From positions 1,504,001 to 1,568,000 of the forward strand of contig CAVSIV010000006.1 in assembly GCA_963728205.1 (NCBI GenBank): a stretch of 64,000 bases of DNA, written 5' to 3'. This document shows positions 45,586 to 56,102 of this stretch, one piece after another (the first letter of the stretch is position 1; the number at the start of each line of letters is the position of its first letter). The notes under the pieces are model-generated. The model saw only the letters and a list, made by a program, of their open reading frames with translations. It did not search any database and was not told where the DNA came from. Made by a program: the position numbers and the translations under genes. This DNA is from an uncultured Chloroflexia bacterium. GTDB taxonomy: Bacteria > Chloroflexota > Dehalococcoidia > UBA2979.

Positions 45586-46391
45586 ATGCACTTTGTTGTC
45601 TGCGCCAAGCAGATCCCTGACCCGGAGACGCCGCCCTCGGCGTTCAAGGTCGACGCGACCAAGAACGAGGTGATCCCCGCCCCCGGCATCGCCCCCGTCC
45701 TCAGCCAGTTCGACGGCATCGCCGCCGAGGCGGCGCTCCGCATCAAGGAGGCCGCCGGCGACACCAAGATCACCCGTGATCTCCGATGGGCGCCGAGAGC
45801 GCGCAGGCCGCCATCAAGCAGGTGCTCGCCATGGGCGCCGACGAGGGCCTCCTGCTGCAGGACCCGGCGTTCGACAAGGGCGACCCGCACACCACGGCGA
45901 AGGTGCTCACCGCAGCGATCAAAAAGCTCGGCGACGTCGACGCGGTCTTCTGTGGCCGCCAGGCGGCCGACTGGGACTGGGGCCAGACCGGGGTGCTGAT
46001 CGCCGAGGGCATCGGCGCCCCCGCCGCCATCATCGCGAAGGGCGTCGAGTTCCAGGACGGCAAGCTGCGCGTCCAGCGCGTGCTCGAGGATGGCTACGAG
46101 ACGGTCGACGTGCCGCTGCCCGCGGTCGTGACGGTCTCGAACGAGTTCGGCGAGCCGCGCTACCCGAAGCTCCAGCAGATCATGCAGGCGGCGCGGAAGA
46201 CCGTGACCACCTGGAAGGCCGCCGACCTCGGCCTCGACCCGGGCGAGGTGGGCGCGGCCGGCGCGCGGCTCAAGCTCGAGCGGCTCTACATCCCCGAGAA
46301 GGAGGGAAAGGCCGAGATCATGGAGGGCGATACGCCGGCCGACCAGGCCAAGCAGCTCGTCGAGAAGCTCCAGGCCGCGAAGATCCTCGAG
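45586..46391 (+). CDS. etfB: Electron transfer flavoprotein beta subunit (frameshift at ~45773-45786; stop apparently lost near 46389)
   Basis: VVCAKQIPD, LAMGAD, CGRQAAD, PRYP; two extra C restore ITVISMG when removed. Confidence 0.85.
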
Positions 46392-46445
46392 GCCCGCACA
46401 CCCCGTCGCCGCGCGCCTGGCGCGCGGCGAGGAAAGGACGATTTC

Positions 46446-47420
46446 ATGGCACGCAACGTTCTGGTGGTGGGCGAGCTCGCCGAGGGTGCGCCGACCACCA
46501 CGACCATCGAGCTGCTCGGCGCCGCCACGCGCCTCGCCGGCGGCGGCACCGTCGGCGTGACGCTGCTCGGCACCGGGGCCACCGCCGCGGCGGCGCAGAC
46601 CTTCCCGGCCGGCGCCGCGAAGGCGTTCGCCAGCGACGACGCCAACTACGACCAGTTCCGTTCCGACCAGTGGCTCGCCGCAATCGAGGCCGCCGTAGAG
46701 CAGGTCGGCGCCGAGGTGATCCTGCTCCCGCAGGACCTGTTCGGCCGCGAACTCGCCCCGCGCCTGGCCTTCCGCCACAACAGCGCGGCGGCGATGGACT
46801 GCACGGTCGTCGAGGACGACGGCGGCACGCTCAAGGTGACCCGCCCGGTCTACGGCGGCAACGCACTCGCGCAGTTCTCGTTCGCGAGCACGCCGGCGAT
46901 CGCCACGGTGCGCGCGAAGTCGCAGGATCCGATCGAGCCGAACGCCGGCGCGACGGGCGAGACCGTCGCCCTCCCCGGCGCCGGCGACTCGCGCACGACC
47001 ACGGTCGGCCGCGAGAAGGTCGAGTCCGAGGGCCTGCAGATCACGGATGCCACGGTCGTGGTGTCCGGCGGCCGTGGCCTCGGTGCTCCGGAGGGCTTCC
47101 AGCTCGTCGAGGCGCTGGCGGCGGCGATCGGCAAGGACAAGGCCGCCGTCGGCGCCTCGCGCGCCGCGTGCGACCTGGGCTGGTACCCGCCCAGCCAGCA
47201 GGTCGGCCTCACCGGCAAGGTCGTCACGCCCGACCTGTACATCGCGGTCGCGATCTCGGGTGCCAGCCAGCACATGGCGGGCTGCTCGGGCTCCAAGACC
47301 ATCATCGCCATCAACAAGGACCCGGAGGCCAACATCTTCAAGTCGGCCCGATTCGGCATCGTGGGCGACTACAAGCAGGTCCTTCCGCCGCTGATCGAGG
47401 CGATCAAGGCCGCCGGTTAG
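46446..47420 (+). CDS. etfA: Electron transfer flavoprotein alpha subunit
   Basis: RPVYGGN, VVSGGRG, GASRAA, QVGLTGK, ISGASQH, AINKDPEA; own RBS AAGGA. Confidence 0.93.
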   Translation: MARNVLVVGELAEGAPTTTTIELLGAATRLAGGGTVGVTLLGTGATAAAAQTFPAGAAKAFASDDANYDQFRSDQWLAAIEAAVEQVGAEVILLPQDLFGRELAPRLAFRHNSAAAMDCTVVEDDGGTLKVTRPVYGGNALAQFSFASTPAIATVRAKSQDPIEPNAGATGETVALPGAGDSRTTTVGREKVESEGLQITDATVVVSGGRGLGAPEGFQLVEALAAAIGKDKAAVGASRAACDLGWYPPSQQVGLTGKVVTPDLYIAVAISGASQHMAGCSGSKTIIAINKDPEANIFKSARFGIVGDYKQVLPPLIEAIKAAG

Positions 47421-47445
47421 GGATTCACGGCGCTGAGCGTCAGAG

Positions 47446-47480
47446 AGCGGGCGGACCAATCGGTCCGCCCGCTTGGTTTC
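47446..47480 (+). terminator. Intrinsic terminator-like hairpin after etfA
   Basis: AGCGGGCGGACC-aatc-GGTCCGCCCGCT followed by TGGTTTC. Confidence 0.6.
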
Positions 47481-47519
47481 TCCGGGAATCGCTCGAAATC
47501 GGCCGTTTCTGTGTTTGCC

Positions 47520-47548
47520 TTGCACGCGTATGTGCACGCAAATACAAT
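47520..47548 (+). promoter_or_regulatory. Sigma70-type promoter for coaE operon
   Basis: TTGCAC-17 nt-TACAAT, overlapping palindrome TGCAC-N6-GTGCA. Confidence 0.55.
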
Positions 47549-47594
47549 TACAAGCGCGGGCGATGGTACTTCGCCGTTACCCCATGGAGCGAAC

Positions 47595-48221
47595 ATGGCC
47601 GTCGTCATCGGTCTCACCGGAGGCATCGCCTCGGGCAAGTCCACGGTAGCCGGGCAGTTGCAGGAACTCGGCGCGCACGTGATCGACGCGGATCGCCTCG
47701 GTCACCGCGTGTACGAGCCGGGCACGAGTGCCTTTCAGAAGGTCGTCAACGCGTTCGGCCACGACATCGTGGCGAAGGACGGGACGATCGACCGCCGCGT
47801 CCTCGGCGGGAAGGTGTTCGGTGCACCCGAGCAGCTCGCCCGACTCTCCGAGATCACGTGGCCGGAGATCCGCAAGCTCGCCGCCGCCGAGATCGCCGAG
47901 TGGAAGCGGAAGGACCGCCAGGGGGTGATCGTCCTTGAGGCGGCCGTCCTGCTCGAGGCCGGCTGGCAGGACCTCGTCGACGAGGTCTGGGTGGTCACCG
48001 TCAAGGTCGCGACCGCCGCCGAGCGGCTGATGGCGCGCAACGGCCTCACCGAGGACGCGGCCCTGTCGCGGATCCAGTCGCAGATGTCCACGCGCGAGCG
48101 TCTCGATCACGCCGACGTGAAGATCGATAACTCGGACGCGCTCGAGGATCTGCGACGTCGTGTCGAGCGCCAGTGGAAGCAGCTCGAGAAGCGCATCGCC
48201 GCCCCCGCCGGGAAGCGGTAG
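47595..48221 (+). CDS. coaE: Dephospho-CoA kinase
   Basis: IGLTGGIASGKS, VIDAD, IDRR.LG..VF, EAAVLLE, RIQSQM. Confidence 0.93.
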   Translation: MAVVIGLTGGIASGKSTVAGQLQELGAHVIDADRLGHRVYEPGTSAFQKVVNAFGHDIVAKDGTIDRRVLGGKVFGAPEQLARLSEITWPEIRKLAAAEIAEWKRKDRQGVIVLEAAVLLEAGWQDLVDEVWVVTVKVATAAERLMARNGLTEDAALSRIQSQMSTRERLDHADVKIDNSDALEDLRRRVERQWKQLEKRIAAPAGKR

Positions 48222-48311
48222 CCTATCCCGACATCGGCGCAGCCCGGCTGACCCGGCCGCGCCCCCGGTTCGCGATCCCCAGCACCAGCGTTCAAGGCAG
48301 GCGGGTTCACA

Positions 48312-49181
48312 TTGGCCACGACAGAGCAGATGAGCGGGTACAAGCAGATCCAGGTCGAGGATTTCCGGATCACCGAGGAGCCGTACTACCTCCCGATCAA
48401 CGACGAGGTGCAGCTCTTCGAGACCGCCTACTCCGAGAACGTCCCCGTCCTGCTCAAGGGCCCGACCGGCTCCGGCAAGACCCGCTTCGTCGAGTACATG
48501 TCATGGCGCCTCCACCGCCACATCGGCAACGTCGACGAGGAGGGCGTGCCGCTGATCACCGTCGCCTGCCACGAGGACCTCACCGCGTCCGACCTCGTCG
48601 GCCGCTACCTGCTCGAGGGCGACGACACCCGCTGGATTGACGGGCCGATCAGCCGCGCGGTGAAGGTCGGCGCCATCTGCTACCTCGACGAGATCGTCGA
48701 GGCGCGCAAGGACACCACCGTCCTGATCCACCCGCTGACCGACTACCGGCGCCTGCTGCCGGTGGAGAAACGCGGCGAGCTGCTGGAGGCCGCCGACGGC
48801 TTCCTCCTCGTGATGTCCTACAACCCGGGCTACCAGTCCGCGCTGAAGGACCTCAAGCACTCCACGCGTCAGCGCTTCATCGCGATCGAGTTCGACTACC
48901 CGCCGCGCGACCAGGAAGCCGAGATCATCCACGTCGAGTCCGGCGTCAGCCGCGAGATCGCGCAGGACCTGGCGAAGCTCGCCGAGAAGGTGCGCAACCT
49001 CAAGGAGCACGGCCTCGCCGAGGGCGTGTCGACGCGCCTGCTCGTCTACACCGGTAAGCTGATCGCCAAGGGCATCACCCCCCGCCGCGCCTGCCAGACC
49101 GGCGTCGTCTGGGCCCTGACCGACGACGTCGAAGTGCAGCGCTCGATCGAAGAGGTCGTGACGTCCATCTTCGACGAGTAG
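48312..49181 (+). CDS. CbbQ/NirQ/NorQ-type AAA+ ATPase
   Basis: [52 protein letters not shown]...KDLK.STRQRF, STRLL. Confidence 0.92.
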   Translation: MATTEQMSGYKQIQVEDFRITEEPYYLPINDEVQLFETAYSENVPVLLKGPTGSGKTRFVEYMSWRLHRHIGNVDEEGVPLITVACHEDLTASDLVGRYLLEGDDTRWIDGPISRAVKVGAICYLDEIVEARKDTTVLIHPLTDYRRLLPVEKRGELLEAADGFLLVMSYNPGYQSALKDLKHSTRQRFIAIEFDYPPRDQEAEIIHVESGVSREIAQDLAKLAEKVRNLKEHGLAEGVSTRLLVYTGKLIAKGITPRRACQTGVVWALTDDVEVQRSIEEVVTSIFDE

Positions 49182-49244
49182 ACGCGCCGGGGCCGATGGT
49201 GACCCGCCGCTGACCCAGCGCCGCCCTTCCGGGAGGGGAGCGAG

Positions 49245-52200
49245 ATGACGCTCGCCCAGGACCTCACTGCACGCTACGCACCCGAGCTGCGCGGGTTTGG
49301 CGGTTCGCTGCCCGACGACTTCGGGGCGGCCGCCGACGCGCTCGCCGGCTCGCTCGACGAGGCGCAGCTCGATCGCTGGGCGCGCACCGGCGTCGACCTC
49401 GCGAACCACTCGCTGCGCTCGTGGGAGGCCGCCGCGGAGTACTTCCGCGCCAGCCCCACGATGGCCACCCGGGTCAACTTCGACGCCCTCATGCACTGGG
49501 TCGAGGTCGCGACGACGCTCTCCGCCCGCTCCTCGCTGATCGCCGCCGCCTTCCTCAAGGCGACGCCCGAGGTGCTCGACCACCTCGCGCTCGACCGCCT
49601 CGACGCGTGGTCGGAGCAGGGCGACCGCCTCTGCCGCGGCAACTGGAAGTCGATCGCGCTCTCCGCGCTCTTCTTCCAGGTCAGCCCCGGCCTGCTCGGG
49701 GCGCTGTCGCTCGACGCCGTCGGGCGGCTCGTCGACATCGTCGACCAGCTGACGGAACGCTCCTACGAGCTTGCGACGACGTGCCTCGAGAGCGCGGGCC
49801 CGATTTTCGCGAAGCTGGCGCCGGAAGACCGCGAGCCGTTCCTGCGCTTCGCGCGGGCGGTGACGCGCGCTTCGTGGGCCGACACGCGGCTGTACTTCGA
49901 GCGCGGGCCGAAGCTGCTCGAGACCATCGAGCACAGCCAGCGCGCCGCGTTCCTCGACCTCGCCTCGCGCGTCACCATGGCCGTCGGCCGGCAGGGATTC
50001 CCGCTCTTCGCCGACGCCGCGGCCGCGCTCGCGCAGTGCGACCCGATTGATCACCAGGAGCTGCTCGCGTTCGCCGCGCGCCTCGCGCCCGGGAGCCCGC
50101 AGGCGGCGATGGAGTACCTGAAGTCCGCGCCGTTCGTGCGCACGCGCCTCACGCCCGAGCAGATGCAGCGCTGGGCCGAGACCGGTGTCGAGATCCTGCA
50201 GCAGGAGCGCAACGCCGAGGGCGCGGAGGCGTACTTCCGGCTCGAGTCGACGCGCGCCGAGGAGATGATGCGCTCGCTGTCCGCGCGCGTGGAGCTCTCC
50301 AGCGTGAACAGCATGCTCCGCATGTACGCGAAGGCGCTCTCGGGCGAGCAGGTCTCCGTGCAGTCCGCGGAGAACCTCGTCGACAAGAACATCGGCTGGA
50401 TGAGCGAGGGCGCGGCGACCACCGAGGGCACCTCAATCTACCTGCCCCCCTTCGTGAACACGTTCGAGGAGCAGCACGCCAACTTCCAGGTCTACAAGGT
50501 CTTCACCACGCACCAGGCCGGCCGGCTCGAGTTCGGGTCGTTCGGGTACCGCTGGAGCGAGCCCGGCCGCTACGCGCCCGTGACGGTGGTCGACCGCGAG
50601 GCGCGGCGCGCCGAGGAGCAGGCCGCGGCCCCCGCCGACGACGGCGCGAAGAAGCGCGGCGAGGCGATGACCGCCATGCAGCGCTTCTTCAACCTCTTCG
50701 AGGACCGCACGCTCATCCACGGCCTGTTCACCGTCGTGGAGGACACGCGCGTCGACGCCTATGTCGGCCGCGAGTACGGCGGGATCCGGCGCTGGCTGCT
50801 GCGGCTGCAGTCGCACGAGGCCGACAACCGCCCGAAGGTCTACTCGATGGGCCTCCGGCAAGCCTTTATGGAGAACCTGCTGCGCATGTCGCTCGGCCGG
50901 CCCGACACCGTGCGCTGGCCGAACACGCTCGAGCGCTACCTCGCGCGCGGCGTCGCCGCCCTGCGGGTCATCGAGCAGCCCGACGCGGTCGTGCAGGACT
51001 CGGCGGAGGTCGCCGCCGCGCTGTACGACATCGCCGTCTCGATCCCAAACGTCCTCGCGGACCTGCCCGAAGGCGACTGGGTCCCGCCCGACGAGGAGAT
51101 GCTCTCGATCGCGCCGAGCATGCCGGGCGGCGGCGGCGAGGGCGAGCCGCAGATGATGCCGAACGGCGAGGAGATGGCGTTCGAGAACCCGCCGCAGCCG
51201 GAGTTCCGCGGCGACTTCAAGCCGGAGCTCGTGCAGCTGCTGATGAAGCTCAAGCTCCAGCAGCAGGGGCAGCAGGCCGACGGCGCCTCGTCGCCGCTGA
51301 CCAAGGAGCAGCTCATGGAGCTGCTCGAGAACTCGGCGGAGATCACGATCAGCGAGTGGGCGGAGGGCGACCTCGCGTCCAGCCTCGGCATGTTCCTCAC
51401 CAACCTCGAGAAGGAGGCGGGCACGCCCGCCGGCGACCCGAAGCAGAAAGGCGAGGGGCAGCAGCAGGACGCGGGCGGCGGCGACGGCGGCGACGAAGAA
51501 GAGCTGCCGATGCGGATCGACTACTTCTACTACGACGAGTGGGACTTCCGCGCCTCCGACTACCGCCCGCGCTGGACCCGCGTCGGCGAGCGCATCTCCG
51601 AGGAAGGCGACGGCGAATTCTACGAGGAGACCCTGCGCCGCTATCACGGCCTCGTCCTCGAGACCCGCCGCCAGTTCGAGCTGATGCGCCCGGAGTCGTT
51701 CCGCAAGATCAAGAAGCTCGAGGACGGACACGAGCTCGACCTCGACGACGCCATCGAGTTCCACGTCGACAAGAGGGCCGGCGTCGGCCCGATCGCGCGC
51801 ATCTACTCGCGCCGCAACAAGGTGGAGCGCGACGTCGCCGTGGCGTTCCTGCTCGACATGTCCGCGTCGACCGATGAGGAGATCGAGAAGCAGCGCCAGA
51901 AGTACGACAAGGACGACGACGACGACAACTTCGACGGCGACCCGCGGAAGTACTTCCAGTGGCTCGCCCAGCGCCGCGCGCGCCAGGCGATCGAGCCGCC
52001 GAAGCGGATCATCGACCTCGAGAAGGAGTCGACGGTGCTGGTCGTCGAAGCGCTCGAGGCGATCGGCGACGCCTACGGCATCTACGGCTTCTCGGGCTAC
52101 GGCCGCGACAACGTCGAGTTCCACGTCATCAAGGACCTCGACGAGACCTTCGACGACTCCGTGCGCAAGCGCATCGCGAAGATCGAGCCGATCCGGTCGA

Positions 52201-52532
52201 CGCGCATGGGCCCCGCGATCCGGCACACGATCCACAAGCTCAACGAGTACGACGCGAAGGTGAAGATCCTGATCCTCGTCTCCGACGGCCGCCCGCAGGA
52301 TCACGGCTACGGCCGCGACCGGACGGAGAAGGAGTACGCGGTTCACGACACGAAGCAGGCGCTCGTCGAGGCGAAGCGGGATGGCATCATCCCGTTCCTG
52401 ATCACCGTCGACAAGGAAGGCCACGACTACCTGAAGCAGATGTGCGACGACATCGGCTACGAGGTCGTGGACAACATCGAGTCGCTGCCGCGGCGACTGC
52501 CGACGCTGTACCGGCATCTAGCCGCCGACTAG
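49245..52532 (+). CDS. NorD/CbbO-like VWA protein with long N-terminal helical region
   Basis: YDEWD, MIDAS LLDMSAST, STRMGPAIRH, VSDGRP.D; directly follows the AAA+ gene. Confidence 0.85.
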   Translation: MTLAQDLTARYAPELRGFGGSLPDDFGAAADALAGSLDEAQLDRWARTGVDLANHSLRSWEAAAEYFRASPTMATRVNFDALMHWVEVATTLSARSSLIAAAFLKATPEVLDHLALDRLDAWSEQGDRLCRGNWKSIALSALFFQVSPGLLGALSLDAVGRLVDIVDQLTERSYELATTCLESAGPIFAKLAPEDREPFLRFARAVTRASWADTRLYFERGPKLLETIEHSQRAAFLDLASRVTMAVGRQGFPLFADAAAALAQCDPIDHQELLAFAARLAPGSPQAAMEYLKSAPFVRTRLTPEQMQRWAETGVEILQQERNAEGAEAYFRLESTRAEEMMRSLSARVELSSVNSMLRMYAKALSGEQVSVQSAENLVDKNIGWMSEGAATTEGTSIYLPPFVNTFEEQHANFQVYKVFTTHQAGRLEFGSFGYRWSEPGRYAPVTVVDREARRAEEQAAAPADDGAKKRGEAMTAMQRFFNLFEDRTLIHGLFTVVEDTRVDAYVGREYGGIRRWLLRLQSHEADNRPKVYSMGLRQAFMENLLRMSLGRPDTVRWPNTLERYLARGVAALRVIEQPDAVVQDSAEVAAALYDIAVSIPNVLADLPEGDWVPPDEEMLSIAPSMPGGGGEGEPQMMPNGEEMAFENPPQPEFRGDFKPELVQLLMKLKLQQQGQQADGASSPLTKEQLMELLENSAEITISEWAEGDLASSLGMFLTNLEKEAGTPAGDPKQKGEGQQQDAGGGDGGDEEELPMRIDYFYYDEWDFRASDYRPRWTRVGERISEEGDGEFYEETLRRYHGLVLETRRQFELMRPESFRKIKKLEDGHELDLDDAIEFHVDKRAGVGPIARIYSRRNKVERDVAVAFLLDMSASTDEEIEKQRQKYDKDDDDDNFDGDPRKYFQWLAQRRARQAIEPPKRIIDLEKESTVLVVEALEAIGDAYGIYGFSGYGRDNVEFHVIKDLDETFDDSVRKRIAKIEPIRSTRMGPAIRHTIHKLNEYDAKVKILILVSDGRPQDHGYGRDRTEKEYAVHDTKQALVEAKRDGIIPFLITVDKEGHDYLKQMCDDIGYEVVDNIESLPRRLPTLYRHLAAD

Positions 52533-52564
52533 CGCTGGCGCGGGACTGCCGACGAACGTCAGAA

Positions 52565-52587
52565 TCGGCGGCGTGTCTGCCGCCGTT
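52565..52587 (-). repeat. Family B single copy
   Basis: TCGGCGGCGTGTCTGCCGCCGTT between convergent genes. Confidence 0.65.
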
Positions 52588-52630
52588 TACCAGCGAATCG
52601 GGGTTGCGGCCCGGCGTTCACGCCGGGCCG

Positions 52631-53002
52631 CTATTTGTGCTGGCGGGCCACCGCGTCGTCGATCGCGCGGTAGTACCCGAGCCGCCGCCGTGCGAATACG
52701 ACGCCGCGCAGCGCGGGCACTGCGGTGACGAGCGCGAGCCCGATCAGCGCCAGCGCCAGCGAGAAGCCGTCGGGCAGGGGCAGCAGCACGATCGCGGCCG
52801 TGCCGTACCACGCGCCGGCGCGCTGCAGGTCGCGACCCACCGCGTGCGCGGTGTCGCGGCGGACCCGGTCGTCGCCATAGGTGCCGGAACGTTGCGGGTG
52901 ATACCAGCGGCCGAGCCGCACCCGGCACAGCGCGACGCCGAGCGCCCAGTAGAGCAGGCCCGCGCCGGCGAGCGTCAGCAGCGCACCGTCGCCCGAGCTC
53001 AT
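52631..53002 (-). CDS. Small membrane protein
   Basis: Three hydrophobic segments; RBS-like AAGGA upstream. Confidence 0.55.
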   Translation of the reverse strand: MSSGDGALLTLAGAGLLYWALGVALCRVRLGRWYHPQRSGTYGDDRVRRDTAHAVGRDLQRAGAWYGTAAIVLLPLPDGFSLALALIGLALVTAVPALRGVVFARRRLGYYRAIDDAVARQHK

Positions 53003-53017
53003 CGCGTCTTGTCCTTC

Positions 53018-54031
53018 TCACCCTTCCCGTAGTCGATATCGTCGCACGCCCGCGCCAGCATCGGATGCCTCCGCCAGGCCCTGTTCTTCGAGCAGGTCGA
53101 GGTGCCCGATCACCTCGGTGACGGCCTGCCCGATGCGCTGCGCCGGCAGGCGCGGGAAGAGGCGTCGCGCGAGCTCGTACGCGGTCGCGGGGCCGTCTGC
53201 GAGCAGCGCGCGCAGGCGGGCGGCACGGCGCGCGTGGTGCGCCTCGAAGCGCTCGAACAGGCGCGCGACGCCGGCGGGGTCGTCCACGGTCTCGCCGTGG
53301 CCCGGCAGGAGTCTGCGCACGTGCAGCGCGCGCAGGCGCTCCACGGCGCGCAGGAACGGCGGGAGCGACGGCCAGCGCGCACCGGGGTCGCCGTCGCCGG
53401 GCGCGCCGGGGATGGCCGCCGGGAAGTGCAGGCCGGCGGTCGGGATCGTCGTCGGCAGGAGGGTATCGCCGGAGAAGAGGTCGCCCTGAGCGGCGAGGGA
53501 GGCGACGAGGTTGCCCGGCGTGTGCCCGGGCAGGCCGAGGAGCTCCAGCGCCGCGCCGCCGGCCAGCCGGACGCCGCCGTCGCCCACGACCGGGTCGACG
53601 CGGTCGGGCGTGCACGGCTCCCACCGCAGGCGGCGTCCGCCGCGCAGCGTGCCGAGGTGGCGCAGCAACTCCTCCGGGCAGCCGTGGCGGCGCAGCTCCG
53701 CGAGCCGCGGCGCGCGCTGCGCCTCGTTCGACGCGCGGCCCGCGAGCACCGCGGGGACATCCGCGGCACCGACGAGCACGCGCGCGCCGGCGCGCGCCCA
53801 GCGCGCCGCCAGGCCCGCGTGGTCGATGTGCGCGTGGGTGATGACCACGGCCCGCACGTCCGCCGGCCCGAAGCCGTGTACCCGCGCCTGGCGCAGCGCC
53901 GACTCCCACGTCGGCCCCTCGTCGAGGAGGTCGAAGTCGGGGCCCGCGTCGACGAGCACCACGCCGCCGGCGTCGAGCGGGAGCGCGTAGATCACGTTGT
54001 CGCCGAGGACGATGGGCGCCGCGTCGATCAC
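53018..54031 (-). CDS. MBL-fold metallo-hydrolase with C-terminal winged helix
   Basis: THAHIDHAG, PGHTPG, SGD, LLPGHG, EVIGHLDLL. Confidence 0.85.
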   Translation of the reverse strand: MIDAAPIVLGDNVIYALPLDAGGVVLVDAGPDFDLLDEGPTWESALRQARVHGFGPADVRAVVITHAHIDHAGLAARWARAGARVLVGAADVPAVLAGRASNEAQRAPRLAELRRHGCPEELLRHLGTLRGGRRLRWEPCTPDRVDPVVGDGGVRLAGGAALELLGLPGHTPGNLVASLAAQGDLFSGDTLLPTTIPTAGLHFPAAIPGAPGDGDPGARWPSLPPFLRAVERLRALHVRRLLPGHGETVDDPAGVARLFERFEAHHARRAARLRALLADGPATAYELARRLFPRLPAQRIGQAVTEVIGHLDLLEEQGLAEASDAGAGVRRYRLREG

Positions 54032-54117
54032 GCGACGAGCCTACGGGGCGCCCGCCGCGCCCGCGACCGGCGGCGAGTAGCCACCAGGTGAGCGTGGACG
54101 GCTGCGGCGACTCGTCC

Positions 54118-55173
54118 TCATGCTGCGCCCGCCTCCGCGAGCGCCCGGTCCTCGGCGGCGTAGCCGAGGCGGGCGCGAGCCTGCGCGGGATCGGCGAGCC
54201 ACGCCGGGGGGTGGGCCCGCTCCCACGCAATCGTGCGGCGCAGTCCCTCGTCGTACGCGACGACCTCCCCGTAGCTGAGCTCCCCGCGGATGCGCGAGGT
54301 GTCGGCGGCGATGTGATGCCGCGCGTCGATCGATGGCCGCAGGTGCGCCGGCAGCGCGGGCTCCGGGAGCGCGACGACCCGGCCGCTCCAGCCCGCCGCC
54401 GCACCAACCCGTGCGACGCGTTCGGCCGTGGTCGGCGTCGCCGCCGGCCCGACGTTGTACACGCGGCCGGCTGCCATCGGATGTGTCGCGGCGAGCGCGA
54501 GACCGTGTGCGACGTCCTCGACGTACCCGTGCGTCCACCGCCAGCGAGCCACGGTCTCGTCGAGCAGGATCACCGGTCGCCCGTCGTCCATCCGGCGCAC
54601 CCACTCGGCGAACCGGTGCTGACGGTCGCCGGGCCCGTACGTCGCCGGGAGCCGCACGACGACGCCCTCCAGTCCGCTGGCCGCCAGCACCACCCGCTCC
54701 GCCGGAATCTTGTCGTAATGCTCGGGGTCGACCAGGCCATCGGCGGGGATGCTGCTTCCTCGATACGGGTAGAGCACCGTGCGAAGCGGCGCATCCTCGT
54801 CCGTCCCGTCCGTCCCGTCCGCCTCCGGCTCGCTCGGCTCCATGCCGCGTAGCCGTCCGTATGCCGCGTAGACGTCCATGCTGCTCGCCAGCACGAGCCG
54901 CCGTGCCGCGCCGGCGAAGGCGGCGACCACGGCGCGCGCCGGCGCTTCGCCCATGCAGGTCATGTCGACAACGACCTCGGGCGCGAAGGCGCGCAGCGCG
55001 GCGGCGCTCTGCGCGAGCCGGGTGCGATCGCCGCGCACGTGCGCGACCGCCGCCGGCAGCTCCGCCTGCGTCTCCCCGCGATGGAACACGGCGAGGTCGT
55101 GCCCGCCCGCCGCGAGCTCGCGCACGAGGTAGGGCCCGATGAACGCCGTCCCGCCGAGGACCAGGATCCGCAC
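54118..55173 (-). CDS. NAD-dependent epimerase/dehydratase family protein
   Basis: ILVLGGTAFIG, FHRG, SSMDVY, YDKIPAE, RLP..YGPGD. Confidence 0.88.
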   Translation of the reverse strand: MRILVLGGTAFIGPYLVRELAAGGHDLAVFHRGETQAELPAAVAHVRGDRTRLAQSAAALRAFAPEVVVDMTCMGEAPARAVVAAFAGAARRLVLASSMDVYAAYGRLRGMEPSEPEADGTDGTDEDAPLRTVLYPYRGSSIPADGLVDPEHYDKIPAERVVLAASGLEGVVVRLPATYGPGDRQHRFAEWVRRMDDGRPVILLDETVARWRWTHGYVEDVAHGLALAATHPMAAGRVYNVGPAATPTTAERVARVGAAAGWSGRVVALPEPALPAHLRPSIDARHHIAADTSRIRGELSYGEVVAYDEGLRRTIAWERAHPPAWLADPAQARARLGYAAEDRALAEAGAA

Positions 55174-55182
55174 CGTGCCGCC

Positions 55183-56020
55183 CTACGCGTCCCGGAACTG
55201 CTCGATCAGCGCCGCCTGCCTGTCGAGCAGCGGCAGCACGGTTTCGGCGGGCGCCGGCGGCAGCGGGAAGATCGCGCGCTCCACGCCGGCCGCGATCATC
55301 TGCTCGACACCCTCCGGCGTCGGCCGCACGCCGTAGACGGTGACGGGGATGGAGCCCCGACCCGCGTCCGCCGCCATGCGCTGCAGCTCGGCGACGCGCT
55401 CGGCGATATTTGCGACGCGGTTCGGCATCCACCCATCGCCGTACGCGATCACGCGGCCGCAGCGTGTTCGGCCCCTGCCCGCCCACCAGGATCGGCGGGT
55501 GCGGCTTCTGCACCGGCTTCGGCACTGGTAGGCCGGCGGAAAGTTGACGAGCTCGCCGTGGTACTCGGCCTTCGACTGCGTCCAGAGCGCCTTCATCGCC
55601 TGGACGCGCTCGCGCAGCAGCCGCCAGCGCTGTCCGGGTCGGCGCCGTGGTTCGCCATCTCCTCGACGTTCCAGCCGCCGCCGATGCCGAAGATGAAGCG
55701 GCCGCCGGAGAGCAGGTCGAGCCTCGCGACGTATTTCGCCGTGACGATCGGGTCGCGCTCGGCACGAGGCGATGCCGGTGCCGAGCCGCAGGCGCTCTGG
55801 TCGCCGCGCGCGGCAAGGACAGCGCGACGAACGGGTCATAGGTGTGGAGATACTCCTTGGGCAGCTCTCCCCCGCCGGGGTAGGGCGTCTTCCGGCTGGT
55901 CGGGATATGCGAGTGCTCCGCGAAGAAGAGCGACTCGTAGCCGCGCGCCTCCATCGCCCGGCCGAGGTCGGCCGGGCGGATCGAGTAGTCGGTGGGGAAG
56001 ATGAACGCGCCGAACTGCAC
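55183..56020 (-). pseudogene. LLM-class F420-dependent oxidoreductase with several frameshifts (real decay or sequence error)
   Basis: FIFPTDY, EHSHIP.SRKTPYP.GG, DPFVAL, SGGRFIFGIGGGWNVEEM.NHG, PKPVQKPHPP and YGDGWMP occur in different frames. Confidence 0.75.
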
Positions 56021-56102
56021 GGGGGCCTCCTCGCGACGCTGCGCCGGGGGCCGACGGCGCGCCGCCCGGGACGCGCATGGTAGCGGACGGAGCGGGGCGT
56101 CC

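Noticed and set aside
45770-45790. Programmed frameshifting in etfB (and in cinA, MFS, reductase)
   Set aside because: No slippery heptamers; the pattern fits sequencing indels.
45786-47420. Natural EtfB-EtfA fusion
   Set aside because: EtfB ends ...AAKIL where one missing base would give a stop; the linker is Arg-rich, etfA has its own RBS and ATG, and etfB has other indels.
48312-52532. Evidence for carbon fixation or denitrification
   Set aside because: CbbQ/NorQ-like and CbbO/NorD-like genes alone do not show this; no Rubisco or NOR genes in the window.
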